Notes: generated by a model not told the origin, from the sequence alone. A stretch of 64,000 nucleotides of DNA from Candidatus Kaiserbacteria bacterium (GCA_016217925.1 JACRFK010000004.1:133869-197868); one strand, 5' to 3'; shown: positions 26,061-36,592, counted from the first letter of the stretch. Made by a program: numbers and translations.

Positions 26061-26336
26061 CTATTTCACCGCATCCTTCAAAGTCTTGGAAGCGCGGAAC
26101 TTCGGCACCCGCATCGCCTTAATCTGAATGGTAGCGCCCGTGCGTGGGTTTCTACCCGTGCGGCCCGCTCGTACCTTCGCCTGGAAGATACCCAAACCTG
26201 CTATCGAGACCTCCTGACCGGCCTTGAGCGTATTGGTAATCATGTCAATGATCGCCTCTACTGCGCGCTCACCGTCGGCCTTCGTGCAGCCGATTGTTGC
26301 TGCCACTTTCTCAACCAAATCCATTTTATTTGCCAT
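26061..26336 (-). CDS. hup: DNA-binding protein HU
   Basis: 91 aa; MANKMDLVEKVA...GLGIFQAKVRAGRTGRNPRTGATIQIKA is the canonical HU/IHF fold. Confidence 0.9.
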   Translation of the reverse strand: MANKMDLVEKVAATIGCTKADGERAVEAIIDMITNTLKAGQEVSIAGLGIFQAKVRAGRTGRNPRTGATIQIKAMRVPKFRASKTLKDAVK

Positions 26337-26497
26337 ATATTTTTGTTATACGTCTATTAAATAATAACCGTCATGCGCACTCGACCTCCCTCCAGACCAT
26401 TTTGAGCCGTATTTTCGGCGTGTCAATTGACAAAAGCCCATTTTCCACAGCTTTTGAGCCGCGGAATAACTACCGAAAATATGGCTCAACAGAAGCC

Positions 26498-27238
26498 TCA
26501 GACTCCCTTCTCCCACACGATATTGAATATCTGCCGCATCGCCTCAGCCGTCTGCTTATCGTCGATTATGGTCGTTTGAAGCTCGCGTTCATTGGTAATA
26601 CGGATGAAATTCTCGGCTATTTCAATCGATTGCGTCGGCGGGTAGGTGTAGTCCTTCAGGTATTTGACTTTTATATCATCGTTATTCTTTGCCAATTTGA
26701 CCATGTCATTCTCAGTGTTACCTTTCTCCACGATAACCTTGAAAGATATTCCGTCGGCAACAGCTTTCCTGTCCCATCTTTCGTACAGATGAAGGACCTT
26801 CTCGTCAACCCCCTTAAGATTGCTATAGAAGCAGCACAGCGTTTTACCGAGAAGTTCCCGATACTTGTAATCGCATGCCTGCGCGACACCGCTCATGCCG
26901 CTAAAGTACAGCACATCGGGTCTCCGGCCACCGAGCGAGTGCAACTGTGGCACTATAGCTCGCACCGATTTGAGCCGCGATTCCTGTTCGGTGAGGAATT
27001 CATTGATATCTCGTGCCGAAAAAAGGGCTTTTTTCGCATGTGGGACCTTGAGCACCAACCCTTTCTTGCGTAAATCTTCCAAAGTCACATACACAGTAGG
27101 TTTTTTAACGTCGCATGTTTCCGCGATACGGTATGCAGTACCCGTACCAAGCGATAAGAGAGCAAGGTATACGACGGACTCTTTTTCGGTAAGCCCGATT
27201 TCCTCCAACTCCCGAACAAAACCCGATTCTTTAACCAT
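26498..27238 (-). CDS. TrmB-family transcriptional regulator (paralog 4), divergent from the transporter gene
   Basis: LEEIGLTEKESVVYLALLSLG N-terminal HTH. Confidence 0.7.
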   Translation of the reverse strand: MVKESGFVRELEEIGLTEKESVVYLALLSLGTGTAYRIAETCDVKKPTVYVTLEDLRKKGLVLKVPHAKKALFSARDINEFLTEQESRLKSVRAIVPQLHSLGGRRPDVLYFSGMSGVAQACDYKYRELLGKTLCCFYSNLKGVDEKVLHLYERWDRKAVADGISFKVIVEKGNTENDMVKLAKNNDDIKVKYLKDYTYPPTQSIEIAENFIRITNERELQTTIIDDKQTAEAMRQIFNIVWEKGV

Positions 27239-27374
27239 GAACGCATCCTAGTCCAATTCTTAGAAAAGTCAATTTTTCTGACTAATATTTAGTGATACAT
27301 AAATACTCCAATCTTTAGAACATATTATCAAGTTTTATATAGTAGAACAGGTCAGGATTTTTATCTTTCTTTGA

Positions 27375-28808
27375 TTGAGTGCTCAAATCATGGCACTTAT
27401 GAGAATAGAGATTCTTCTGGCCGCTTCGGTTGCCTTGCCGATTCTTCTCTCGATCGGACTAACTTTATTACGGAAGTACCAAAGTCATAGCGCCAACCAA
27501 TTTTTTTATGCTGGCGGCACTTTGAACGCTAGATGGGGAGCCGAACTCTTTATCTCAACATCACTTGCGCTCGGAAACGCAGTCGTTTATTTCGCGTACC
27601 TCGGCTACATTGCAGGCGCAAGCGGGATTTGGTTTCAAATTGCCTGGTGCGCTGGGTTTGTTTTCATCGCCTTTTTTGCAGAACGCATTGCCGCGCGCGT
27701 AAGAAACAGGACCATCCACAGTGTGCTAGGAGAAGCATTCGGTACCCGAGCGGCACAAGTTGCCGCGCTTGCAACTGTGACGGGCTTTACCCTCAACCTC
27801 GGCTGGGAGTTGGTTGCGGGTTTTTCAATTTTCTCGGTACTCAACCTCTCTCCTTGGGTAAGCGTTGTCTGCATTCTACTTCTCGCGGGCGGTGCTGCGT
27901 TTTATACGGCGCATGGCGGGATGCGGGGTAATTTGCTCCCCAATCGGGCGTTCAATATCATGTCCTATGTTTCACTCGTTTTACTCGTTATTTTTCTTGC
28001 GCTCCAAAACAGCGCACAAACGGGTCAACTTGTTTCGTTCTTTTACCCGTCACTCAACAGCCTTGTCGTTGCTGTGGGGCTCGGCGGGGTTTTGACGAAC
28101 ATCCTCTTCAGTATTCTTTGGCAGTTCGTTGATATGTCTGGATGGCAAAACCTCGCCGCGACGACCACCGAACACAAAGCACCTGTTAGATCACTCCTGT
28201 GGTCGTCGCTTGTACTTCTATTTATTCCTGGAGTCGCCGGCATTTCGATTGGTATGCTTTTGAGGAATATCTCCGGCGTGACGGCAGATAACCTATTGCC
28301 GTCGGTTGTTACATTATTGTCTGCCCACCCGATTTTATTTGTCGTCATTATCTCTGGTCTAATCGCGGCAATGCTCTCAACAATAGACGGGTTTCTTCTT
28401 GCGTCGGCAAACACTATCGTTCAAGATATTTTTGGCCTGTCTGAACAGGAATCTGAGAAAGGTCTCAAAATTGCGCGCACCTCAATCGTTCTTTTGGCGC
28501 TTTTAGGTGCCACAATAGTTTTTTTCCTCAATACCTATGCAAAAATCAACCTCTACAATCTTGTATACGTCACATACTCCGCGCAGCTCGCACTTTTTCC
28601 AGCCGTTATGGCGATTCTTCTCGGAAAAAAGATTCATGCCGGTGTTGGAGCAACCGCGCTCATCGCCGGCATTTTCGGGGGTCTTGGTGTCGCGCTTTAT
28701 GCCTCATTCACCGGTCTTTCTGATTTACTAACATGGGCGCCACTGATCGGCCTCGCGATTTCCGGGCTGTTGGTTGTAGCGGGTTGGTTCAAAGCAAGAA
28801 CCACGTAA
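27375..28808 (+). CDS. sodium:solute symporter (SSS) family transporter
   Basis: about 13 TM helices; FYTAHGGMRGN and AAMLSTIDGFLLASANTIV resemble SSS-family signatures. Confidence 0.55.
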   Translation: MSAQIMALMRIEILLAASVALPILLSIGLTLLRKYQSHSANQFFYAGGTLNARWGAELFISTSLALGNAVVYFAYLGYIAGASGIWFQIAWCAGFVFIAFFAERIAARVRNRTIHSVLGEAFGTRAAQVAALATVTGFTLNLGWELVAGFSIFSVLNLSPWVSVVCILLLAGGAAFYTAHGGMRGNLLPNRAFNIMSYVSLVLLVIFLALQNSAQTGQLVSFFYPSLNSLVVAVGLGGVLTNILFSILWQFVDMSGWQNLAATTTEHKAPVRSLLWSSLVLLFIPGVAGISIGMLLRNISGVTADNLLPSVVTLLSAHPILFVVIISGLIAAMLSTIDGFLLASANTIVQDIFGLSEQESEKGLKIARTSIVLLALLGATIVFFLNTYAKINLYNLVYVTYSAQLALFPAVMAILLGKKIHAGVGATALIAGIFGGLGVALYASFTGLSDLLTWAPLIGLAISGLLVVAGWFKARTT

Positions 28809-28811
28809 ATT

Positions 28812-30341
28812 CTATCTCGCGTACTCGATGACCCTCGTTTCTCTTATCACGCTGATCTTTATCTCTCCGGGATACTGCATGTCTTTCTCTATCTTGTCCG
28901 CGATGTCGCGCGCGAGTTTGCGGGCTTCGAGGTCCGAAATTGCATCAGGCTTCACGATAACGCGCACTTCGCGGCCGGCGGCGATGGCGTAGCTCTTCTC
29001 GACGCCCGGTTGGCCGTTGGCGATGGCTTCCAATTCGGTGAGGCGTTTGATGTAGTTCTCTACAGAGTCGCGGCGAGCACCCGGGCGGGCACCGGAAATG
29101 GCGTCGGCGACCTGGACTATCATCGATTCGGGGGTTTCGTACGGGTATTCCTCGTGGTGCGCCTGCATCGCCTTGACCACCTCCTCGCTCACACCGAATT
29201 TCTGCAAGATACGGCGGCCGATCTCAACGTGCGTACCAGGGACCTCGTGGTCCACCGCCTTGCCGATGTCGTGGAAAAGGGCTCCCGCGCGAGCGACTCC
29301 TTCGTCGGCGCCGAGTTCGGCGGCCAACATCCCTGCCAAATGCGCGACTTCGACAGAGTGGTCGAGCACGTTCTGGCCGTAGCTCGAGCGGAAGTAAAGC
29401 CGCCCGAGGATCATGATGAGTTTGGGGTCGAGATTCGGGACTTTCGCCTCAAATGCGGCTTCTGCGCCCTTCTTTTTGATGATGGTATTTATTTCCTGCT
29501 CGGCTTTTTGCACGGACTCCTCAATCTTTGCAGGTTGGATGCGACCGTCGAGAATGAGATTCTCAAGTGCGATGCGCGCGATCTGGCGCCGTATCGGATC
29601 GTAGGAAGAGAGGGTAATCGTGCCGGGGGTGTCGTCCACAATGACGTCGACGCCGGTCGCGCGCTCGAAGGCGCGGATGTTGCGGCCTTCCTTGCCGATT
29701 ATTTTGCCTTTTATTTCGTCGTTGGGAAGTGAAATGGTCGTCGCCAAGACGTCGGAGACGACGGAATTGCCGAGGCGGTGCACCGCGGTCACGAGTATTT
29801 CGTTGGCGCGGTGCTCGAGCTTCTCATTGCCGGTTATTTCGAGCTTACGCATACGGCTCTCGATGTCGCTCTCGTTCTGTTGCTCGACGGATTTCAGGAG
29901 GTCAACCTTCGCTTCTTCCGCGGTAAGGCCGGCGATTTTCTCCAGTTTTACTTGCTCCGCTCGGCTGAGCTCATCGAGCTTCGCCTTGGCGACGATGATC
30001 TCCTCGCCTTTCTTCGCAAGATTTTCCTGTTCGAGATCGAGGTTGGTCTGACGCTTGTCCAGGAGCTCTTCCTTGCGCACCAAACGCTCCTCGACCTGTT
30101 TCAAATCGAGTGCGCGCACTTTCAGCTCGTCGGTGACGCGGCCTTCGGTCGCTTTTGCGCGGGCCTCGGCTTCTTCGGTGATTCTCTTCGCGCGCTCTTC
30201 GGCGTCGAGCTTCATTTTGCGAATCTCGAGTTCCATCGAGCCGCGCTTACCCAACGAAATAATAAGTCGGAGGAAATATCCGATGGCAATACCTGCTGCA
30301 CCCGAAAGGCCGAGCAGGAGGAGGATGATTTTTAATGACAT
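28812..30341 (-). CDS. rny: ribonuclease Y
   Basis: N-terminal TM, coiled-coil, KH domain (GKIIGKEGRNIRAFE), HD domain (LFHDIGKAVDHE). Confidence 0.9.
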   Translation of the reverse strand: MSLKIILLLLGLSGAAGIAIGYFLRLIISLGKRGSMELEIRKMKLDAEERAKRITEEAEARAKATEGRVTDELKVRALDLKQVEERLVRKEELLDKRQTNLDLEQENLAKKGEEIIVAKAKLDELSRAEQVKLEKIAGLTAEEAKVDLLKSVEQQNESDIESRMRKLEITGNEKLEHRANEILVTAVHRLGNSVVSDVLATTISLPNDEIKGKIIGKEGRNIRAFERATGVDVIVDDTPGTITLSSYDPIRRQIARIALENLILDGRIQPAKIEESVQKAEQEINTIIKKKGAEAAFEAKVPNLDPKLIMILGRLYFRSSYGQNVLDHSVEVAHLAGMLAAELGADEGVARAGALFHDIGKAVDHEVPGTHVEIGRRILQKFGVSEEVVKAMQAHHEEYPYETPESMIVQVADAISGARPGARRDSVENYIKRLTELEAIANGQPGVEKSYAIAAGREVRVIVKPDAISDLEARKLARDIADKIEKDMQYPGEIKISVIRETRVIEYAR

Positions 30342-30552
30342 ACGCGGTGGCTTCAGCCGCGTGAGTGTTATGTGCGCGTCAAACTGACTTCGATTGAGAA
30401 ATCACGAATAAGTGCTTGGAGCGCATCCATTGGCTCACTGGTCGAAACAAAATTGAATTTCTTGAACATACTAATAGGTACAGGGGCACTATACCACGGG
30501 CACAGAAAAAGGAAATATGAAGGGCTGGACCTGCCTTGTTGATCATCTATAG

Positions 30553-30786
30553 ATGTGTTGTAATGCCTTCTCGCAGAGAGAGGGTGTGACCGTGGTCTTT
30601 TGGACGATTTTGCTCACATGTCTTATGGGGGCCGTCTCACTGGGGGCTCTCATACTAGGGATGCGTCTTGTTTGGCGGTTGTGGCGTCTCAGCCGTATAC
30701 CAAATCTTGCCGACTTGCCGGTTGTGTGTAGGCTTGTAGCGCGATACGAAGTTGAGCGGCTTATGCGCCAAACTCACATAAAATAA
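30553..30786 (+). CDS. small hypothetical membrane protein
   Basis: TM helix WTILLTCLMGAVSLGALILG; hairpin plus T-run terminator directly downstream (30787-30828). Confidence 0.3.
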   Translation: MCCNAFSQREGVTVVFWTILLTCLMGAVSLGALILGMRLVWRLWRLSRIPNLADLPVVCRLVARYEVERLMRQTHIK

Positions 30787-30828
30787 CCACCGGACGACGC
30801 GAATCGTTGCCCGGTGGCCCGCTTTTTC
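30787..30828 (+). terminator. rho-independent terminator
   Basis: CCACCGGacgacgcgaatcgttgCCCGGTGG followed by cccgCTTTTTc. Confidence 0.5.
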
Positions 30829-30941
30829 AGACGGGTACCTTGCCGATAACGTCGCTCAAGGGGATTTAATCGCTGAACCTTGCCGAAGCATAAAGGCCAT
30901 GCTACGACTACGGCTGGCAAATCTTATAGGGGAAGACACAC

Positions 30942-31316
30942 ATGGCAAACGCCAAACAGCCTATCGCTCGCTTGCGCGGACTGTTCGCCGAATCTGCGTA
31001 CTACGCCCTTCCCATTGCGAAGCGGTTTCGCATCAGGACGGGAGACTTCGTACTCGTGCCCAAGAGCCGAGCTCTGCTCCCGACCCCGTTCCTCGTGGTC
31101 CGGGCAAGGTCTCACGGCGCGATCGAAGTCAGGCCGTTCGGCATTCCGGGCGTGCACCAGGTCGCTCAGGAGATTATCGAGCGTGCCCGGACACATCACC
31201 ATATCTCGGTTGTGTGGAATCCGAAGTCGTTCTGGCCGCAGCGCAGGAACCTTCGCCTTGAGCACGTCCTCGCACCTGAAGGGCAAAAAGAGCTCCGAGG
31301 ACTCGGCGAACCATGA
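30942..31316 (+). CDS. hypothetical protein
   Basis: 124 aa; GGGGAAGA 6 nt upstream of the ATG; several overlapping ORFs in this GC-rich stretch make the call uncertain. Confidence 0.3.
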   Translation: MANAKQPIARLRGLFAESAYYALPIAKRFRIRTGDFVLVPKSRALLPTPFLVVRARSHGAIEVRPFGIPGVHQVAQEIIERARTHHHISVVWNPKSFWPQRRNLRLEHVLAPEGQKELRGLGEP

Positions 31317-31424
31317 AGCAGCCCCGACCGAAAGGCCGGGGTTGCACTCTACGCAGACTAGTCATCTGCTGGCGTATTTTCAAGATTAGATTTGACTCGG
31401 CCTCCTCGAGGCCATCACCCTATG

Positions 31425-32039
31425 TTACACCAACACCTTGTCGACGATGCCGTATTTGACGGCCTCTTCGGCTGTCATGAAGAAGTCGCGGTCCACGTCG
31501 GCGGCGATTTTCTCGATCTTCTGACCTGTATTTTTTGCGAGTATCTTATTGAGGCGCTCGCGGAGTTTTAATATTTGTTTTGCGGTTATCTCGATGTCCG
31601 CCGCCATACCTTCGGCGCCGCCGCTCGGCTGGTGGATCATCACCTCCGCATTCGGAAGCGCGAAACGTTTTCCCTTCTGTCCGGCAGAGAGCAGTACGGC
31701 ACCCATCGAGGCCGCCATACCGACACAGACAGTGGAGACATTCGGCTGGATGTGATTCATCGTGTCGAGGACAGCAAGGCCGGCCGAGACGTGTCCGCCC
31801 GGGGAGTTGATGTAGAAAGAGATATCCTTTTTCGGATCTTCGGATGCGAGGAAGAGGAGTTGGGCAACGACGAGATTTGCCACGTCGCTATCAATAGGCC
31901 CACCGAGAAAGACGATACGCTCTTTGAGAAGGCGCGAATAAATATCGTATGCTCGCTCGCCCATCGAGGTCTTCTCGATGACCATAGGCACGAGCATTTG
32001 CGAACGTGATGCGCCAGATTGCGATTTTGGAGTGTTCAT
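31425..32039 (-). CDS. clpP: ATP-dependent Clp protease proteolytic subunit
   Basis: [11 protein letters not shown], active-site regions [11 protein letters not shown] and HQPSGG. Confidence 0.9.
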   Translation of the reverse strand: MNTPKSQSGASRSQMLVPMVIEKTSMGERAYDIYSRLLKERIVFLGGPIDSDVANLVVAQLLFLASEDPKKDISFYINSPGGHVSAGLAVLDTMNHIQPNVSTVCVGMAASMGAVLLSAGQKGKRFALPNAEVMIHQPSGGAEGMAADIEITAKQILKLRERLNKILAKNTGQKIEKIAADVDRDFFMTAEEAVKYGIVDKVLV

Positions 32040-32092
32040 AAGGGAGAGTGTACCCCAGTAGCAATTTTTCTCAAAATGTACGGTCTCTGTTG

Positions 32093-33127
32093 TTAGAATT
32101 TGCGGCCGGACTTGTCCTCATCTGAGTCGTTCGAATCGGAAATAAGGTCCTCTATCTCTGTCGCGGACTCGAGGGCTGAATCGAAATGCGAGGACGCCTC
32201 CTCTTTTTTGCCGTGTGCGACATCGTCATCTCCGGAAGAAAATGACTCTGTAGCTTCCTTGAGGCGTTCCTGTGCCTTCTCACGCGCCTCAATTTTCAGA
32301 TCTCGGGAACGTTCGAGGAATTTCTTCGTTGCCTCGATCCGCACTTTTGCGGCCGTTCGATGACCTCGCGCCACGGTCTCCGGCTCATCAGAGACTTGCG
32401 GGCTTTCCTGCGTCAATTGGACGAGAGCCTCCGTCGTCGAGCTCGTTGCGGTGGTGTCGGCGGCGGCTTTTGCCTGTAGCGCCGCCACAACGACACGTGC
32501 CCCTCTGCGCGTGCCGTCAAGAATGTTCCTGCGTGCAACGCGTACCGCGCCGATATTCTTCTCGATCTCAGATGCGTCCGATGAGTCGCTGTCGTTCTCA
32601 AGCTGTGTACGGTTTTCATCCGCGCGCTGCATGTGCTCGTCGAAGTTGGCATCGAGTGCCGTGCGCGTAGCATCGTCGAGTCTCCCTGCAAGTGCGAGCA
32701 TGGCGGCTTCCTCAAGGCGGCGTTCTGCACGCGCGACAGCCCAATCGGCTCGCGCTTTTGGAGTGGTCGCGATCGAGGCCCGTATTTCTTCGGTGATATG
32801 CACTTTCACGGGATAGAGTGTGTCGCCGGGAAGCGAGGTTTCCGCAGCGGCAACCGTGCCGCCGCTCACTGCGACAATGAGCACCGCCGTGAGGACAGGT
32901 ATTGGGCGTATGTGCGCAGTGAGGTTTGCTAAGAATCCATAATAGTGGGACGCCGACGTTCGAGAAACGCGCCCCGCGTGCATCGGCCGGAGTTGGGTGT
33001 ATTCAAAAAGGTGCGCGCGCATGCGCTCGCGCGAATCCTTGTCCATAGAGATGTTCGTAGCGGCTTTGATCTGCGCCGCGACATCATCCTGGTCGTTATT
33101 TCGTTTAAATATGTCGGTGAATTTCAT
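32093..33127 (-). CDS. anti-sigma-factor-like single-pass membrane protein (DUF5667-like)
   Basis: immediately downstream of the ECF sigma gene; one TM helix [15 protein letters not shown]; charged coiled-coil C-terminal region. Confidence 0.45.
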   Translation of the reverse strand: MKFTDIFKRNNDQDDVAAQIKAATNISMDKDSRERMRAHLFEYTQLRPMHAGRVSRTSASHYYGFLANLTAHIRPIPVLTAVLIVAVSGGTVAAAETSLPGDTLYPVKVHITEEIRASIATTPKARADWAVARAERRLEEAAMLALAGRLDDATRTALDANFDEHMQRADENRTQLENDSDSSDASEIEKNIGAVRVARRNILDGTRRGARVVVAALQAKAAADTTATSSTTEALVQLTQESPQVSDEPETVARGHRTAAKVRIEATKKFLERSRDLKIEAREKAQERLKEATESFSSGDDDVAHGKKEEASSHFDSALESATEIEDLISDSNDSDEDKSGRKF

Positions 33128-33132
33128 ATATT

Positions 33133-33660
33133 TTATGTTGCGCTTGGCCCGAGCAGTGTCCGGAGTTTTTCAACGCCGCGATGAATGCGCACCGACACGA
33201 CATTTTCCGAGAGTCCTGTTATACGCGCGATCTCTTTGGGCGGCAAGTCCTCGGTGAACCTAAGGAGGATAATATCTCGGTAGGTCAGGTCAAGCTTGTC
33301 TATCGCCTTGCGCACTCGCGACACCTCGGCCTGTTCGACCGTGCTCCTTTCCCCCACGCTATTATCCGTCATCGCAAACCCGTCATCCTCCAGAAGCGCG
33401 TCGAGAGAGACGGATTTCTTTTTTCGATAGACATCAACGACCAAATTGTAGGCTGTGCGATAGAGGAACGGCCGCCACTCGCGAATTTCTCCGCCCTCAA
33501 CGCAAAAATCCCACGCGCGAGTGAACGTCTCTTGCGTAAGGTCTCTCGCTGTCTCCCGGTCGGCTATCTTCATAGAGAGAAAACGGAAAATTGCATCGCC
33601 GAATTCGTCATATGCGGCAAGGAACTCTTTTTCCCTCTCTTGCTCTGACGTTTTATCCAT
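33133..33660 (-). CDS. RNA polymerase sigma-70 factor, ECF subfamily
   Basis: region 2 ARDLTQETFTRAW; region 4 DIILLRFTEDLPPKEIARITGLSENVVSVRIHRG; start set to MDKTSEQ. Confidence 0.8.
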   Translation of the reverse strand: MDKTSEQEREKEFLAAYDEFGDAIFRFLSMKIADRETARDLTQETFTRAWDFCVEGGEIREWRPFLYRTAYNLVVDVYRKKKSVSLDALLEDDGFAMTDNSVGERSTVEQAEVSRVRKAIDKLDLTYRDIILLRFTEDLPPKEIARITGLSENVVSVRIHRGVEKLRTLLGPSAT

Positions 33661-33879
33661 AGGTTTCTTACTGGCGACGTAGGACGAGTGAAATGCGTCT
33701 GCTCCCAGATGCATCTCCGAGTCGAGGAGCCAGAAACTGGCCGGACGCCAGTTTACCCACCATACCATAATTGAGGCAGTACATAACTGGGGGCCAATGT
33801 AAGACATTCCGCCCCGGTTCGTCATACGAACACGGGGAGAGCAATCCGCCCCATTATCATCTAATACAGAATAATCATC

Positions 33880-34668
33880 ATGAAACTAGCAACGCAATTC
33901 GGCATAGGCGCCGCATCAGTCGCGGTAGCTTCTGCCCTCGCATTCCTACCGATCATCGCGGCTGCGGATGAAGGTCGCGGCACGAGGGACATCCGTGATA
34001 CCCGCCCGCTTGCACAGCGCGTGGAGATTGCCATCACCGACTCGGGCAATGTCTTAGTGCGCGGCGCGAAAGTGACCGGCATCACCGGCAGTACGCTCAC
34101 TGTGACGACGACCGCAGGGTCCTCGACACTCTCGTGGGCGGTCACGACAAACAGCTCGACCGTGTTCGTCACATCGACCGGCTCGGGATCTTCCCTCGGT
34201 GCGATCTCGGTGGGCGACACCGTGAGCTTTGTCGGCGTGCTCTCGGGCAATGGGCTGAGCGTGAACGCAACGGCAGTCAAAGATTGGACGCTCGGTGTGA
34301 GGGAGCGCTCTATCACCGGGCCGGTGCAAAACATAAACAGCACCAGTACGTCGCTCATACTCGGCAACGGGACTGGAAAGGACAATGACAACGACAAGGA
34401 CAACAAAACCCGCGCGACCGTCCAATTCACCGGCAGCACAGTCATCATGCTAAACGGCGCGACGACGACCTTCGCCTCCATCCAGATAGGCGACAAGATA
34501 AAGGCGACGGGCACCATGAATGAGAGCGGCACAGTATTGACGGCGACTTCGGTCTCGGTCACTCGTCCCACCGTGCGGCTCGATACCGACGAGTTCAGAA
34601 AGAAAGTGAGAGAGTGGTTCTCGGGCCACGGCTTCAGCGTCTTCGGTAAAAGCGGAAAGGGGAACTAA
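33880..34668 (+). CDS. secreted beta-rich repeat protein (possibly DUF5666-like, sigma/anti-sigma associated)
   Basis: signal peptide; three internally repeated units (VLVRGAKVTGITGSTLTV / VSFVGVLSGNGLSVNATAV / DKIKATGTMNESGTVLTATSV). Confidence 0.5.
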   Translation: MKLATQFGIGAASVAVASALAFLPIIAAADEGRGTRDIRDTRPLAQRVEIAITDSGNVLVRGAKVTGITGSTLTVTTTAGSSTLSWAVTTNSSTVFVTSTGSGSSLGAISVGDTVSFVGVLSGNGLSVNATAVKDWTLGVRERSITGPVQNINSTSTSLILGNGTGKDNDNDKDNKTRATVQFTGSTVIMLNGATTTFASIQIGDKIKATGTMNESGTVLTATSVSVTRPTVRLDTDEFRKKVREWFSGHGFSVFGKSGKGN

Positions 34669-34685
34669 CGTAAGTCCTAGAGGAA

Positions 34686-34720
34686 CAAAAACGGCACGTT
34701 TGACGTGCCGTTTTTGTTCG
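34686..34720. terminator. bidirectional rho-independent terminator
   Basis: AAAAACGGCACGtttgaCGTGCCGTTTTTG. Confidence 0.75.
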
Positions 34721-34800
34721 GGACGGTGTACTTCAAAGTTAAATGCGTCTCGTTTCCCATGGACTTTTTACGCGTATTATGGTACTGTATCGGGCAGTAA

Positions 34801-34840
34801 AGTTGCGTTTTGTTGCGTCGTGTTGCGTATGCGTGCGTTG
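34801..34840 (+). promoter_or_regulatory. helically phased direct repeats TTGCGT x3 (plus one degenerate) at exact 10-bp spacing
   Basis: TTGCGT at 34803, 34813, 34823 and TGCGTT at 34834; resembles response-regulator-type direct-repeat sites. Confidence 0.3.
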
Positions 34841-34875
34841 TCGAAAACACCTATAACCAAGAGGCTTCGCACATC

Positions 34876-35166
34876 ATGCAAATCGATGAAAATAACTTAA
34901 CCGCGAGGTTAAGTCTTGCTGCAGAGCACGTCGTCAGCCGCCATCCAAAGCTCGACGCCGTCCCGCTCGCAGTTTGGCGGGAAGCAGCTAGCGTTGGCGA
35001 ACTTCCTGAAGTGAAAGATGAGCACAGTCCGTTGGCGCTGGCGATCCACAGCTTCGCGGTCGAGCTCATCATCCGTCGTCTCGGTAAGAGGCCGAGTCGG
35101 CGTCTGGTGCAAGCCCAGCAGCGTCTTTTCTCTGCTGCGCACCAGCATGTCTGCGCGGCTGCGTAA
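34876..35166 (+). CDS. hypothetical protein
   Basis: ATG with AAGAGG upstream; terminator-like hairpin downstream; no homolog recognised. Confidence 0.3.
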   Translation: MQIDENNLTARLSLAAEHVVSRHPKLDAVPLAVWREAASVGELPEVKDEHSPLALAIHSFAVELIIRRLGKRPSRRLVQAQQRLFSAAHQHVCAAA

Positions 35167-35224
35167 CGCGTTTGTTCGCTACACGTTAATTTCGAGGGCG
35201 CCCCGGTCGGGCGTCCTCTTCGTT

Positions 35225-36331
35225 TTAATGCTCGTGGTCGTGTCCCGTATGGGCGACGGGCGCGGCATTTCCTTCCAAGAAACGCAGCGTCGCGTCGTTG
35301 CGCATCGCATGCGAGATGTGTGCGCGCAGCGCGATGGGGTCAGCTTGCGGGTAATGCTTCTTTGCATGTTCAAGCTCGTGCTCGAGCGACTTTTCATCCG
35401 GTTCAATATGTTCCTTACGCGCTATTTCGGTCAGTATCAGGCGTACCTTTGCGCGCTTGTCGGCGGTGTCTTTCCAATCGGCACGGACCTGCTCACGCGT
35501 TTTCTTGGTCTGTGTGAAATACGATTCGAGCGTCTGGCCGATGCGCGAGAGGTCGTCCTTGAGGCGCGCCTCCATGTCGTCGAGCTCGTATTCGCGCAGT
35601 GCCGAGGGGTACGAAATCTTCGATTCTTTGACGAGCTCGTCGAGGATAAGGGCGCGGCGCTTCTCGGCAGCCTGCATTTCTTTTTCGGTCTTGATGTTTA
35701 CGCGAAGTGCTTCGGTGAATTTCTCCGCACTTTCGTACCCGAGTGATTGCACAAATGCGTCGTCGAGCTCAGGCAGGTCCTTCAATTCGGCGGCGCGCGA
35801 TTCCTCCGCCGCCTTTTGTGCATCGGTGCCGCCTTCAATTTTATCAATACGTGCCCGCTCACGGCGCAGATGTGTAAGCGCCTGTGTATGCTCCTCGTCG
35901 GACACGGAGATTTCTTCTTTTTTGTCGGTATGCTTCTTGGCGATTTTCTTGTAATCCGGCAGTTCCACGGAAGGAGCAAGCGCGGCGCGTGCGGTAAATT
36001 TGACGGGCTTGCCCAATTCCGGCGTATCGGTCGTCACGCGCGGGGACTCGATAATAAGAAGCTTTTCTGCCGCAAAAAGCTCGGGAAGCTCATGCTGTAT
36101 CGCCATTTGCACGGCCTCACGCAAAATCGCGCCTTCTCCGTATACGCGTACAATTTCTTCTTCCGGCGCTTTGCCCGGACGGAAACCGTCGAGCTTTGCG
36201 GTCTTCGTTATTTCTTTCAACGCTTCAGCCCGGTAGTGGGCAAGCGCTTCTGCGGTAATCTGCGCTTGTACTTCGGCTTCCCACGCCGTCTCGTCGCGCG
36301 AGGTTTTTACGTCCGTAAGATAATTTGACAT
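35225..36331 (-). CDS. tig: trigger factor, apparently lacking the central PPIase domain
   Basis: ribosome-binding signature KLDGFRPGKAP in the N domain; acidic C-terminal chaperone domain; 368 aa versus about 430 for full-length Tig. Confidence 0.65.
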   Translation of the reverse strand: MSNYLTDVKTSRDETAWEAEVQAQITAEALAHYRAEALKEITKTAKLDGFRPGKAPEEEIVRVYGEGAILREAVQMAIQHELPELFAAEKLLIIESPRVTTDTPELGKPVKFTARAALAPSVELPDYKKIAKKHTDKKEEISVSDEEHTQALTHLRRERARIDKIEGGTDAQKAAEESRAAELKDLPELDDAFVQSLGYESAEKFTEALRVNIKTEKEMQAAEKRRALILDELVKESKISYPSALREYELDDMEARLKDDLSRIGQTLESYFTQTKKTREQVRADWKDTADKRAKVRLILTEIARKEHIEPDEKSLEHELEHAKKHYPQADPIALRAHISHAMRNDATLRFLEGNAAPVAHTGHDHEH

Positions 36332-36376
36332 TGGGCGAGTGTAACAGAAAAAGATCCAGGACCCAAGATTGGACTT

Positions 36377-36592
36377 TTACTGCGACACCGCCGACCCGTC
36401 TCCTGGAATAAGTGGCAGCTGGTCTTCCGGGTCTTGCGCATTCAGATGTGCGCCCCAGAAATATAATGCACCGATGACGAGCAGTATCACGATGATGATG
36501 ATGCCGACGACCGGCCCCATTGAAGACTTCGGTGCCGGCGGAAGCAGATGGTCGGCCGGATTGAATGGTACGGGGTTGGAAGGGGGAGGCAT
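36377..36592 (-). CDS. small Pro-rich membrane protein (hypothetical)
   Basis: 71 aa; TM helix VVGIIIIVILLVIGALYFW; no clear SD. Confidence 0.25.
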   Translation of the reverse strand: MPPPSNPVPFNPADHLLPPAPKSSMGPVVGIIIIVILLVIGALYFWGAHLNAQDPEDQLPLIPGDGSAVSQ

